Positions 24,488 to 36,061 of a DNA stretch of 36,750 nt are shown here, in pieces. The notes below the pieces were generated by a model. That model did no database searches. It had not been told where the DNA came from and saw only the letters and a program-made list of their open reading frames with translations. A program made the translations under genes and the position numbers. Location of the stretch: assembly GCA_964035545.1 (NCBI GenBank), contig CAXIUT010000207.1, positions 1-36,750 of the forward strand, given 5' to 3'. Source of the stretch: Bugula neritina. Its lineage: Eukaryota > Animalia > Bryozoa. Within the stretch, counting starts at the first letter, position 1. The number at the start of each line of letters is the position of its first letter.

Positions 24488-26703
24488 TCATAATTCACTA
24501 TCAAGTTCTTCTCTTGGCTTATCTTTTTGTTTTATTGGATCTTATGGTTCTTGGGGCTTTTAGTTTTCAGATAGGTCAATTAAATTCATCTATTTCTGTT
24601 CTTATTGGTGGCCTTCTAGGTATATGATTTTGGGATTGCCTATTTCAGCTGTAAAAGCTAAATTTTTTGAAAAGAAGTGAGAAAAAGCTTCTTCAACATG
24701 ACTGCCTAAATATGATTCTACTATATCTTTCTTTTTCTTATCTATGAAATCAGCTAGTTGAGGTTCTTTGATGGTTCCTTATTCTGATCTCAAAATTAAT
24801 CTGGTTTGATTGATTCCTCTCATCATATTGAAGAAACAAGTAGAATTATCTCCAGTTCCATTTAATTTCTTTCTGAATTAGTGATGCCATTCATTGGAAT
24901 CACACTATCCATAGCTGGTCCCTGCTTTCCAGTGATCCATTTGGCTGGTCCAGTAAACTTCAGATGTGATTTTATGTTTAGCGATAGATGCGCCAACTGA
25001 TGATCCAGATACGAAGTTGAATGTATATTCTTTAAAGAAATAATCCCAAAGTATAAAAGCAGGTGATATTGTCTCACTGTTAAGGTTGTTATTCCACTTC
25101 TCTAGTAGAGATACTATCTGATCGCATTCTTTTCTGATCGATTCATCAGGGAAGAATGAAAATTTTACTTTACGGTATATGTTTATCATCAGTTCTTTTC
25201 TTTTTTTAACTAAAGGGTCAGTTTGTAAATTCATTACGAAATCATATAAACTTTCAAGTGTTAACTTTTTATCAGAAGTTGCTAACTTACGACGGGTATC
25301 TATCAAAAATTGTTCTTCAATTGGGTTCATAATTTACTTTTTAAGATAGCTGTGTTGGTTAATTGAAGTAAGATGTGTATTAGCTACAACTAAAAAGTTT
25401 CTTTTGAAGTTTGATATCCATTTTTATTTACTTGGTTCTGGAGCACCAGCTAAATCAGGGTAAAGGAAGTATGAGGGGTGTCTTTGGAAGCAAATATATT
25501 GAAAGACTCCTGAATTATTAGTTAAAACAAGAGAATTAAAAGGAAATTCAAGTTACTTATCTGTTTTTCCTTCATTAATGATCAAATCAAAAAGATAACT
25601 AAAAATAACTCTAACTTTCTTTTATTTTTAATGCCATCTAGCAATATATTATGACACTTTGCCTCCATCTTGAGATTCATGCTTATCATATAGAGTTCCA
25701 TAACTTGAATGAACAAATTTACATTCAGATGCTTACTCTCCTTTTATCTTTATACTTAAACTAACATTTTGAAGTTTGATCCAAGTTTAACTTCCATGAT
25801 GGAAAAACTTGTTACCTAAAGTCTATATCTGTTCAATATTCGATCTATCTACTAACACTCCAGTAAAGGCCCAACTCACCTTAAGAGAACTACCTGCAAG
25901 TAGAAGAGGTACTCCAGGGATAGTATATGCAAAAATATTGCCTGAAGGGTGAGTAAAGGTTATCGGTAGGAAGATCTTATCAAGTAAGTTTTTATTTTCA
26001 ATATATTGCATAAGAATTGGTTTTTTTGATTCTGTTACTAATCCAGTGCCAGCAAAGACAAGATTTTTTTTGAAGAAGGTAATAATAGGGTGTAAAAAGT
26101 CTCTGAACATGAGTTTGTCAACATAGTCATAGAACTGATTAGAAAATAATTTGTCAAGTCTGAGTCGAGCTGCTGTTTGTTCTCCATCCATCCATGCATT
26201 AGGTCTTTCAGCCTCATAGCCTAAAGATGCTCTGATTTTAGCTCTTATCCATTCTAGTAAATAGTCATGCTGAATCATAAATCTATAGAATCTCCAAATG
26301 GCATAAACTCCTTCTACTGGATCAGTTCCTTCAGGAAGACATCCCTTTATTCCAGGAGCATACTTCTCAACAATAGGATCAATATCGGGAATAGATTATT
26401 TCTATTCTGTTTGTTACTATTACTCTTCTTCCTCTTCTTAGTCTTAATCAAAGGTATCTTGTCCATCTAGCTAGTTAGTAAAGTACCTTTATTGACAAAC
26501 TGTCTGATATAGCAATCTATGTCTCTAAACTACTTTCCATATATTTCTGATAGCTGTCCAGTTGCCAAACGGTATAGCAATTCAATGGGGAACTATTTAC
26601 AGTGTGATTAGGCTAGTTCTTCAAAGGATGAGACAGTTTTGATGGAAGAAGTAGACCAAGTTAAGAGTAAAACTACAGCTAAAAGGAATATTTTTGAATT
26701 CAT
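24488..26703 (-). CDS. Penicillin acylase (peptidase S45, Ntn-hydrolase)-like secretory protein, ~731 aa, catalytic motifs degenerate; 20-nt intron near 26466-26485
   Basis: Signal peptide; LLYRLATGQLSEIYG..DCYIR resembles the alpha subunit; TESKKPIL...TIPGVPLLLAG..VSWAFT..VD resembles the beta subunit. Ends ...LDSEL then TGA. Confidence 0.7.
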
Positions 26704-26802
26704 TCAAAATTATATAATGACACGTTAGTTCTTATATCCTTTTATTATGGACTTAATCTTTAATTCAATTTTAAAATAACAATAGATTCATATGTTTACG
26801 GA

Positions 26803-27417
26803 TCACTTCTTTACGTTTTAGACTAACCAGCCCAATCCCTCTTACAATCCTTCTTGGGTCTTAGCAGAACAAGCTGTTATAGTCCACTTGCGATCGCCCA
26901 ACTTCTCAACTCTCAATTCCTTCAATATCTATCTCAATATTTGTTTACCTCATCTGGTTGCAAAGCTTGGACAAGGTCTTGTTTATTAGCGAAGATAAGA
27001 ACTGGTACACCTGCAAGTTATTTTTCCTATGTGACTAAAGACTTACTAATAATAATTTTTAGAGTTATTATCCAGCTTCTTTGACTCTTTTTGTATCAGC
27101 AGAATCGATGACATAAACGAGAGCATCAGTATTTCCAAAGTAGTTACCCCAATATTCTCTGAGAGCTTTTTGTCCTCCGATATCCCATACGTTTAACTTG
27201 AATTTATCGTGGGTTAGATTTTTGATATTGAAGCCTTGGGTGGGAGTGATGGTGGAGATATCCTGAATAGAAGTTGTAGTACTTAGTTGGAGAGAGATTT
27301 GAGGATGGTAGTTTTACCTGCGTTGTCGAGTCCGAGGACAAGAATTCTGAGTTCTTCTTTTTTGTTTTTTCTGAGATTTCTAAGAATTCCAATGAGTCCG
27401 CCTGCCTGCGTTGACAT
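26803..27417 (-). CDS. ARL3: ADP-ribosylation factor-like 3, 184 aa; three 20-nt introns
   Basis: [55 protein letters not shown] and [10 protein letters not shown]. Confidence 0.93.
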
Positions 27418-27556
27418 CTTTTAAAATATTATGGATTTAATTATTTACAACTAACATTTATTACATCACTAACGAAATATGAAACAGCAACCTAATCATC
27501 TATTTTAATATATATCTTATTCTCTACAATGTCAAACTTATCAATAATCAATTTGA

Positions 27557-29026
27557 TCACTGAAATAATTTCTTTTACCTTCCTGATTTCAACATTCTTC
27601 GATCGTAACTTTTTTATAACTGAAATAATTTCTACTACAATATTCTTCTTTTTCTTTACTTCTCATTACCTTTCTAAACGTTTTCATAATAATTTTTAAA
27701 TCCTGATACATCTCCTATACTTGTACTCTTGTTTGATAACTGTCTACTATCTGAATTACTAATTATCTTTGGTCTAAAAGTACACTATTTAACTTAGTCA
27801 TACTCTGTTTACTTCTGATATCTTTATGCTTTTTCCATTACTTTTCTTTTTATATTTTGTTGACTTTTTGCTCTTTTAGTTACTGTCATTGCTTTGCTGC
27901 TTTCATTGATTTGTGGCTTGTAACTTGGTGTTTTTCTTTAAGGAGTTTTGCAACGATGGACTTTGGTTGGAAAGTTGTTCAACTACTTTGAAATAACATT
28001 AATTGATGGAGTAAAACTATATTTAGAATATACTTGATTGTCTAACTCCTCCATTTTTTAATTTTTTTTGATAATAGGCACACTATGTAATCTATGTATT
28101 TTATCTACAAAAGTTTCATACTGTCTATCTTGAGTAATCAATTAAGAAAGTGCATTGATTCGAGGTTGATAAGTACACTAATCATCAGTAGATACCATAT
28201 GACTATTTTTACTTTGCGGATCAGATATGATGTAGTCATTGATGGTAGGAGTAAAAGTAAGTTATTTTTATTGATCTTTGATATATTTTTCTTTGATTTT
28301 ATCTAATTTGATTTATCTGTTTTTATAATCTTAAAATAATCGATCAACTATATTTACCATTCTGTTTTTATTTTGTTATTTTGATGTTTTGTTGATAGTA
28401 GGAGTAAAAGAGTATTATTTTTATTATCTTTATGCTAATAATTTTTTATGTTTTCTTTGTTCTTTTATTACCTTTTATAAACGAAGATACAAAGGTTACA
28501 AATCTATTTTTTATTTATTCAAAATAGATTATTTTTATGGATTATATGGTACTAACTGTTTACTCATAAATTATTAATTCTATTTCTAGATAAATTACTT
28601 TGATCTTTACAGCTGTTTTGATCTTCTTTTTTAAGCCTATTAATAAAGTCTATCAAATATTAGCGACATAGATTATCTGGATTGTATTCCATTGACAGTA
28701 ACAGGTTAAAAAGTAAGTTGTTTTAATTATTTTTATTCCATTTTATATCGTTTTTATGCTCTTTTTTGATTTCTATCTCGATTGTCTTTTGTCAAATTTT
28801 ACCACTGCTATTGTTTAGATCTATTTATGTTTTACCACTCATCAGGATATACAGCAAACGGAATGCCATGTACTTCAGGTTTGAACTTAAACCTTTTGGT
28901 TGTCTATTCTTTTATTTCCTATTGATGTCGACACCGACTAGTAACAATGCTATTTAATGACGATGTTTTGAATCGAGAAGTTATTGACTGATTGGTTGGA
29001 TAGTTGGTGAGATGGGATGTGAACAT
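27557..29026 (-). CDS. Hypothetical coiled-coil protein with (T/S)FxP and (D/E)RLY repeats, ~489 aa
   Basis: Motifs LTFEP, IFDRLYEEA, SFTPTINK and SYKPQINE. ATG 29026, TGA 27557; internal frame not fully verified. Confidence 0.55.
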
Positions 29027-29221
29027 GGACTATTTCAAAATTTAATAATCTATTTGGAATGGTTTAATATTATTCAAATAAACACAATATTCAAATAACC
29101 AACTAAAAACCCCTATTAGAGATATAAATGTCATATTTATGTTGATAGCAAAGAGTTACTAATAAAATGGGTAATATTGAAGAAATTTATGTTTATGATA
29201 AAGTTGCAGTTAAATTTAAAA

Positions 29222-30112
29222 ATGAGCAGGATATACCAAACCCGCGGATCGACTACTCGACACTCCAATCGCACCTTCGGCTAAGATCTCACCAACGTCA
29301 CTCATCTGCATCATAAGCAATCGACCTACACAAAAAAGAACTCATTTTGCTGCGACTGGCTCACTAAAATACCATAGTTCAGACCATACATATCATAAAT
29401 AACATAAATTACCTAGCAAGATAACTATATCAAATAAAACTATATGGCTTGGCAGTCAGATATTAATATTTGTATGCGGTAGATGTTAGTTAGTTGGATG
29501 GTGTAGATCTATCAGTTGCTTAATCTTAAAAAGGAAACTCTTTATCTAGCGGTATTTCTTTTAGATAAGTATAGTCATTGTAGATATGTAGCGAAAGATA
29601 GGTATCAGTTGTTGGGAATTAGTGTTCTTTTTGTAGCAGCTAAGTATTAATAAATTAAAACGCCCAGATTAAAACATTATGTAGAACAAGTCAAACTAAT
29701 TCATACCGGTTAACAAATATTGGAGATGGAAAGTCTTATACTCACTGCTTTGGCTTTTAATATCAAAATATGCACAAACTTACAAGCTATCACATAAAAT
29801 CTACAATATCTTTCTAGTGATTCTATCAGATCGAAGGCAGTGTTTTACATACTTGATCTAACTCTAATAAGTTATTAATTTTGTCAGATTAAGCCGATTG
29901 TGCTCAGCTGGGCTGTGATTATCTTTGCTGGTAAGAAGAATGGGAATAACTAGGTGAAATAAGAAGAGATAGTATAAAATTTTGGAGTGAATAAGATAGT
30001 ACTTAAGGAGACAATAAGTTTATTGGGTTAGTTATTTAATAAGAGAAGATGTCCATAATTTAAAGAAATCAATAAGAAACATGAAAAGTAACTGAAACAA
30101 CTATTTTACTGA
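29222..30112 (+). CDS. Mitotic (A/B-type) cyclin, 296 aa
   Basis: D-box-like RTFGEDLTN; cyclin box MREMLVSWMVEI, ETLYLAVFLLDKY, QLLGISVLFVAAKYEEI (EE = TAA TAA) and ILEMESLIL. Confidence 0.93.
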
Positions 30113-30175
30113 TAATTGATAGCATCCTATTACTATATTTATTAATTGTTATTTTCATTATGATGTTATTTTGAA

Positions 30176-30257
30176 TGGGGTTGGGGTTGGGGTTGGGGTT
30201 GGGGTTGGGGTTGGGGTTGGGGTTGGGGTTGGGGTTGGGGTTGGGGTTGGGGTTGGG
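30176..30257 (+). repeat. (TTGGGG)n tract ending segment B
   Basis: About 82 nt of perfect repeats ending TTGGG; begins 63 nt after the cyclin stop. Confidence 0.97.
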
Positions 30258-31213
30258 AAGAAAATAAATGAAAATATATTTATTATTTTATGGTTTACAA
30301 ATAATAAATTAATTAAGAATAGTAGAATATGTCTAATTATCAAGTTTATTTTTAAATAGTTAAGTAGAAACTGCCATTGTTCTTTTGTTAGCTTTCTTTA
30401 TTTTACCAGCCGTAATCTCTATCTCTGTCATTGGCATTAGTTTATTCACTATCTTGTCTGAGAACTTTAGTTAGTTACAACATTGTAGTAATGATTATCT
30501 TTGAAATTACTGTAAAAATTATGTAATTGCAACATAAAACTTCTTCCATTATTCAGGATTTTCTTACTTGAGACGCAAATATTCAAGTATTAAGTTTATT
30601 TTACTGATTTAGCGATCTAGGGCACTAATTCTATAAAATGATGGTCGCTATTTCTCCTCTTACATTCTTTTTGCTTCCCTATATACCTCTATTTTTTATT
30701 TAAAAGAAAACTATATTCCCAAAATATGACTAATATTTATGCTAAAAAGCTAATTCAACAAATTATTTCCACAAGATACAAAAAACAATTTTTTCATGAT
30801 AGTATTTTTATTAAAATGACCTAGTCCATTTGAAAAGGGTAAACGTCTTGAAAATACAACCTTTTTTTCAACAATAGCAGAAAACTTTCCTCCATAAACC
30901 CAAAATTAATCACTCGACATTTCAGTTCGAGAGTAAATTTTAGAACCTCTAATAGTAATAGTCCCTAAATATAATGAGAGGTACCCAGTTGAACCTAAAG
31001 AATTGTTTAGATGAACTTTAAAGTTGATTCATTTTACTCTTAATTGTCCAAATACTAGGCTGGAATGACTTTGAACTCATAAACAACGATTTGTTCAACT
31101 CCGTGAAGAAAAGGAATGTATTTCTGAACTTACTTCGACTTTAGATTGAGATTGATGGTCTAAGAACATAGTTTGAGGCTTCTACCTTTTATTTCTGAGT
31201 TTTCACTTTTCAT
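30258..31213 (-). CDS. Divergent protein derived from the Piwi N-domain, 3'-truncated at the telomere junction; intron 30965-30984
   Basis: About 310 codons without TGA. LHGVEQIVVYEFKVIPA, RGSKIYSR and IMKKLFFVSCG align with Piwi LNGINKIVVFSVKVTPA, RGFNIFSR and IMSRLGYMEIG. Phase-1 20-nt intron at the homologous position. Confidence 0.7.
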
Positions 31214-31818
31214 ATTGAGTCAAATGAAATCCCAAGAAAGATGGGAGCATTTATAGTGCAGTCAAAGTGTTTGCTAACATCGGAATTTTGCTATATTTTA
31301 GCTATCTTTGCTATTTTTTATAAAATGAACACAAAAACAAGAGTTTCATCTAGGTTGGAACAACAAGCCAGATCCCTTAGATTTCCTCCAAATCAAGAGC
31401 TATCCTTGGGTAGAAACTACGGCTTGAGCAAAAGTTTGTCTGAGTCACAACTCAAGAGATAGGAGATCTTCATGGATAGCTGGATGACTAACTTCAAGTC
31501 AAGAGACTCTACTGACTCAAAAAGCCTCAATCTCTACTTCTCATACTTTTTTCAGTCAGAATCAAGAGTTTGAGAAGGAAATGTTAACTTTTTTTGGCAT
31601 TGTCTCCGAAATGATGCACCAACAATTGCATTGGTTCTTCTTCATTTTTCAAACTGAGAAATATGGACTCGAAAATCAATCTTCAGGTCAAGCAAAAGGT
31701 TTCCTCAACCAGTTAAAAGTCTTCTGATCTCTCACCTTTTCTTGTTAACTCTTTATTATCATTGATCTTTAACTATTATTATGAATATTGTAAAACTGAT
31801 AACTATGCTAACAATTTG
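31203..31818 (+). repeat. Subtelomeric ~615-bp block, copy 1
   Basis: Direct repeat of 36051-36664 with about 10 differences, counted by eye. Confidence 0.95.
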
Positions 31819-31898
31819 AAATAAATATGAAACTTATATGTTGTAAAATTCTAATAATTTATTATGAATTTATGTAATTAAAATACTATTTACTTTTA

Positions 31899-31979
31899 GG
31901 GGTTGGGGTTGGGGTTGGGGTTGGGGTTGGGGTTGGGGTTGGGGTTGGGGTTGGGGTTGGGGTTGGGGTTGGGGTTGGG
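31899..31979 (+). repeat. (GGGGTT)n tract ending segment C
   Basis: 81 nt of perfect repeats ending TTGGG. Confidence 0.97.
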
Positions 31980-32414
31980 ATTAGAATGCTGATTAAATAA
32001 TTCAAATATGAATATTTTTAAAAATTAAAAACTTTCTTGGAGATAATTGTTTTATTTTTATCAGTATTTTGTTTAAAAATAGACTTAAATCATAACAACA
32101 TATTCGAATGGATTATTTAATTTAAAAATAGTAATTAAAAAGAGTATCTTAAGCATTTCACAATTCTCATCTTAATAATTATTTCAGCTGTTTAAGAATC
32201 AAAAATCGAAATATTTTAGATTTTAATCAAATAGTTAAATAGATATTAGATATAAAATATTAACCGTATGCATTATATTTATATAAAATTCTATCTGATT
32301 CAAGTTTACTTTTCCTGTCAGAAATAAATAATTCAACAAATTACTAAAGGTTACTTCAAATTCTAACAAAATTCTTTAATTACAAGAAGCTTTTTCTATT
32401 GAAATCATGCTTGT

Positions 32415-33031
32415 CATCAAATATTCTTTAAACGATAAAAAGAAGTGGTTGGAAATTCTAATGTTTAGTACTTATTAGTTGTAGTATAAACAAACGAATT
32501 GATTCTATTTTTTACAACATTCCAGCAAAAAATTTGAAAAAAATTTATCTTTCTTCTGATTATATCAATAATTAAGGAATAAAAGCCCTAGTCAAATTCA
32601 AATTCTAAAATCTTCAAACTCTATTTCTTTCTAATTTATGCACTACAACAGACTGTTTGAAACTTCTAAAAAAATTACTACTCCTTTATTGTTTCTGGGA
32701 ATTATTTATCAAAAAAAATTTAGCTATCAGCAGTTATGTAAATAATTAACTTTTCTTTTAAAATTAAGACTAAATAACAACGATTCTTAATGTTTTAGTT
32801 ATTCATGTATAGACTTTCGTTGTTTCTGGATGTATTTACCACATTTTGCTAAAATAAAGACGAGCCTTCATTGTAAGCAAAATATAATTATTAGATCTGA
32901 GAGAGGTAAACCATTTTTGAGTGATCAGATGAACTCAAAAAATGTAGTAAAAATGTTGAATATTTATTAATATCCTAATATTCCTCGTCATAGTATACTT
33001 TTATGAAGAAATGATTTCTTTTATTTCTCAT
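32415..33031 (-). CDS. Possible hypothetical protein
   Basis: About 200-codon TGA-free minus frame from ATG 33031 (MRNKRNHFFIKVYYDEEYEDINKY...). No recognisable domain. Confidence 0.25.
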
Positions 33032-33698
33032 ATTACTAACTTCATTTAAATATATAGATAATTGTTAATTTATTTTATTTCAAGTAAATCTTTATTTATA
33101 AAATATAAATTTAATTTTAGATAATTAGATTTGTAGTATTTGGTCAAAATTAGTCTATATTTTTTGATATTTTGCTCAATAATATGCTGAATTTTGATTT
33201 TATCTTTGAATCAAAATTTAATATTCTAATTATAATTTGAGATTAAACATCTTATTGTGGATAAATAAATATTTATCTAAACCTCTATTTTTAATTTTTA
33301 ATTTTTGCTTATCAATATTATGTATATTTAAACTATTCTAATAATTCTCATAACTATCAAATGTAACTTATTTAATATAAATCGAACAAAAAATAAGTCT
33401 ATCAATGTGGAAATATTCGGGTTTATAGCAATAATTTTATTCATAAAAACACTAATTAATTAAGCATGTTCATATATCGTTAGTAGAAGTAAAAATTGTA
33501 AAAATAACTTTAATTTTTTAAAAAATGATCTTAAGTCTCTTTAAATTATCTTATTACCTATCATTTTTGAATCCTTCATCTTTTTTGTTTTATGTCCATA
33601 GATGTCTTATTCAAAATCAATAAAATAATAAAATAAATTTATTGATTAAGTTTGAATTTACAATAATAAAATAAGTTTAGAAATATGGGTTCAGATCA

Positions 33699-36061
33699 TC
33701 AGATGAAGTATGGCTTGTTTGCAAGGGATTCAGCGACTGGAACTCCACCTAGCACTTCAGCGTTGAATCTTGCACACTTTTTGGCATACTGTAGGATCGA
33801 AGGAATCTTGATAGAACCACTCCAGTTCACATAGTTGAAGCACTGACTGAAAATGAGCTCTTGTAGGTGTCCTTCTTCCAACTTGCTATCATTGTAGATC
33901 ACTTTGTAGTGGTTTGGTACCACTGATCCTTTGTTTGACTGTTGACTTACAATAAAGAAGTCGTAGTTTTTGCTGACCACACAACTATTGACAAGAGTTC
34001 CAGGTGGGACATTCTTGATGTTGCCTTCTTGACCAGAAAAGAATCTCTAGCTGTTTCTGAGGTTAACCATCACAACACATAGTTTCATGTTGACGTGGTA
34101 TGAGCTGTTGACTTTTCCAACTAAACTTTGCAAAAAAGTTATTGGAATTGATTGATTTGATCTCCAGGCGTAGCATTCATGAAAATAATCAACTCTGAAG
34201 GTGCATTTTTGTTTCTACCCACATATCCAGAGATGCATTTTTCACAAATATTCAACAAATCATTGAACTTGCTTTAGTTTCCTTGTGTCCTTTTAGTTGC
34301 AGAAACAAGTAAGGAGAAAGTGGAGTTGATAGTACCACAACCAGCCATCATGGAGACATTACCTTTTGAAGAAGTATCGATGCCAATCAACATAGTCCCT
34401 CCTAGCATATTCATCATATCTTCTTGATAAGAAGGGACCCAAAGTATGTTTCCACGCTTAGCTATCATCTGCAGAAGTATTTTTGTGTGAATACTCTGTC
34501 CTCCGTTCTTTTTTCTCAAAGTGTTATCTGTTACAAACTGAGTCAATACAGGCATCTCCTGTTTAGCATCCAAGGTAACCAACTTTAATTTGGGATAGTT
34601 GTTTTTCATGTTGGCAGGAATAGCTACGATTAGCATATTAGCTTCAGTATATTGTTTAAGAGCACGCTAGATACCACTAGTGAAGTCCCGATCAGAGAAA
34701 TTCTTCTGAAGTAAAAATTTGTTGAGAATTAGTTATGCCTTTAAATTGCGAGCAGTTTTTTCAATAGTGTCGACATCTGACTAATCTAGCTTGACTTTCC
34801 ATAGACAATTACACAGTTGATTGCATGTCGAGCTGAGAAAACTGGTTGGTTGAAGAGGGAAAAGAAAGCCTATTTACCCTTCTAAATAAAATTGTTTTTG
34901 CCCAATTCAAGTGAAGGGTTACTGATTTGTTTGGTCTGATATTTATTCATTTTAGCTTTCAAGTTGATTCCTATATCAGCTAAACTTTTCACTTAGTTGG
35001 CCTTATCAATTTCCTTCATAAATCCATCGATTTCTCTATATTTATCTTGAGGAGATAAAATAGTAGCCTGACTAATACTTTTTCTCCTATTCTCGTCGAA
35101 GTCATCAGGAATTCCAGTCATCAGGCATAGTTCAGGTACAAGCAGGCATTTGTCTTCAGTATCGTTTTGTTCTCTTCGTTTGATTTTGTTTTCAGCTCTT
35201 AAAAGTGGTTGGCCTTCATTTTTGATGGAAATTTGGTATTTCTTGAGGTAGTAGTCTTTCATGGATCCATGCTATTTCATATTCACATCATTCACACTCT
35301 GAAACTCAACATCCAACACCCGATAGAATCTGCACTTTCCATAGTTAGTCATTATTATCGTATTGATTAGAGCATTTTTGACTTAATTGCGTCTGTCCTA
35401 CTTTTCCTTGCTTTTATGTATAGCATATAAGTTGTTAATTTCGTCCAAAACAGTAGTACTTCTGACTATCTTTCTTGCAGAGTCCACTCTGAGAAACATA
35501 CTTTTTTCACACTCAGTAAAACTAGAAGAAAACCCCTTGAACATCTTTAGCTTGTCTATAGTTGACTGCTTATCAGCATGGAAGTATTTCCCAGTTTGAC
35601 CAATTTCCATATAACCAAGACGACTCATAATTCCACGAAGACTAGTATTCAAGAATTGTAAGAAAACAGTAGGCTTAGAACCAACATCAAATACCTTTCT
35701 CTGAGAAATAGTCAAAGTATAGCCAGAATTACACGCCTAGAATTGCTTCTACTTGCCTTCCTCACGGGAGAATATATTGAAACCTCGAAAGACAGGCTTG
35801 GCTAAATAGAGACAAAGGTACTTATTCTCTTCTCGACCTAGGGTCGAATCCTTCAAACAACTGAGATCGAAGCTTTAAGTTGTCTTTCTGGATGGCCGGA
35901 GTCACTTTCACACTGAACACTACGATCTTGTTTATTCCGTTGAGGGTGGCTTCGAAGTGGTTTGTTGTGATCTAGACTGACCTGAACTTGGAAGCATAAG
36001 GGCCTTTGGGGCGTGGGGGCAACGCCAGCAACTTACTAAATTTCGAGTCCTCACTTTACAT
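33699..36061 (-). CDS. Piwi-clade Argonaute (N-PAZ-MID-PIWI), ~780 aa; intron 35802-35821; three apparent 1-nt deletions
   Basis: ITTNHF, MTNYGKCRFYRV, DYYLKKYQISIKNEGQPLL, LVPELCLMTGIPD, KILLQMIAKRG..LW, MLIGID, NVPPGTLV, DFFIVSQ...GSVVPNHY and NWSGSIKIPSILQYA. Frameshifts near 35850, 34775 and 34130. Confidence 0.93.

Noticed and set aside
23158-27417. Ciliary gene cluster (DPY30, IFT27, ARL3)
   Set aside because: Unrelated genes are interleaved, and ciliary genes are common enough in ciliate genomes for this to be chance.
7448-30112. Standard ciliate code (TAR=Gln) or a split TAA/TAG assignment
   Set aside because: Both codons fall at conserved Glu positions in the kinases, cyclin, Nudix, GTPases and PI-PLC.
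30158-30359. ORF-track proteins with PTPTPT / GVGVGV repeats
   Set aside because: They are translations of the telomeric G4T2 tract.
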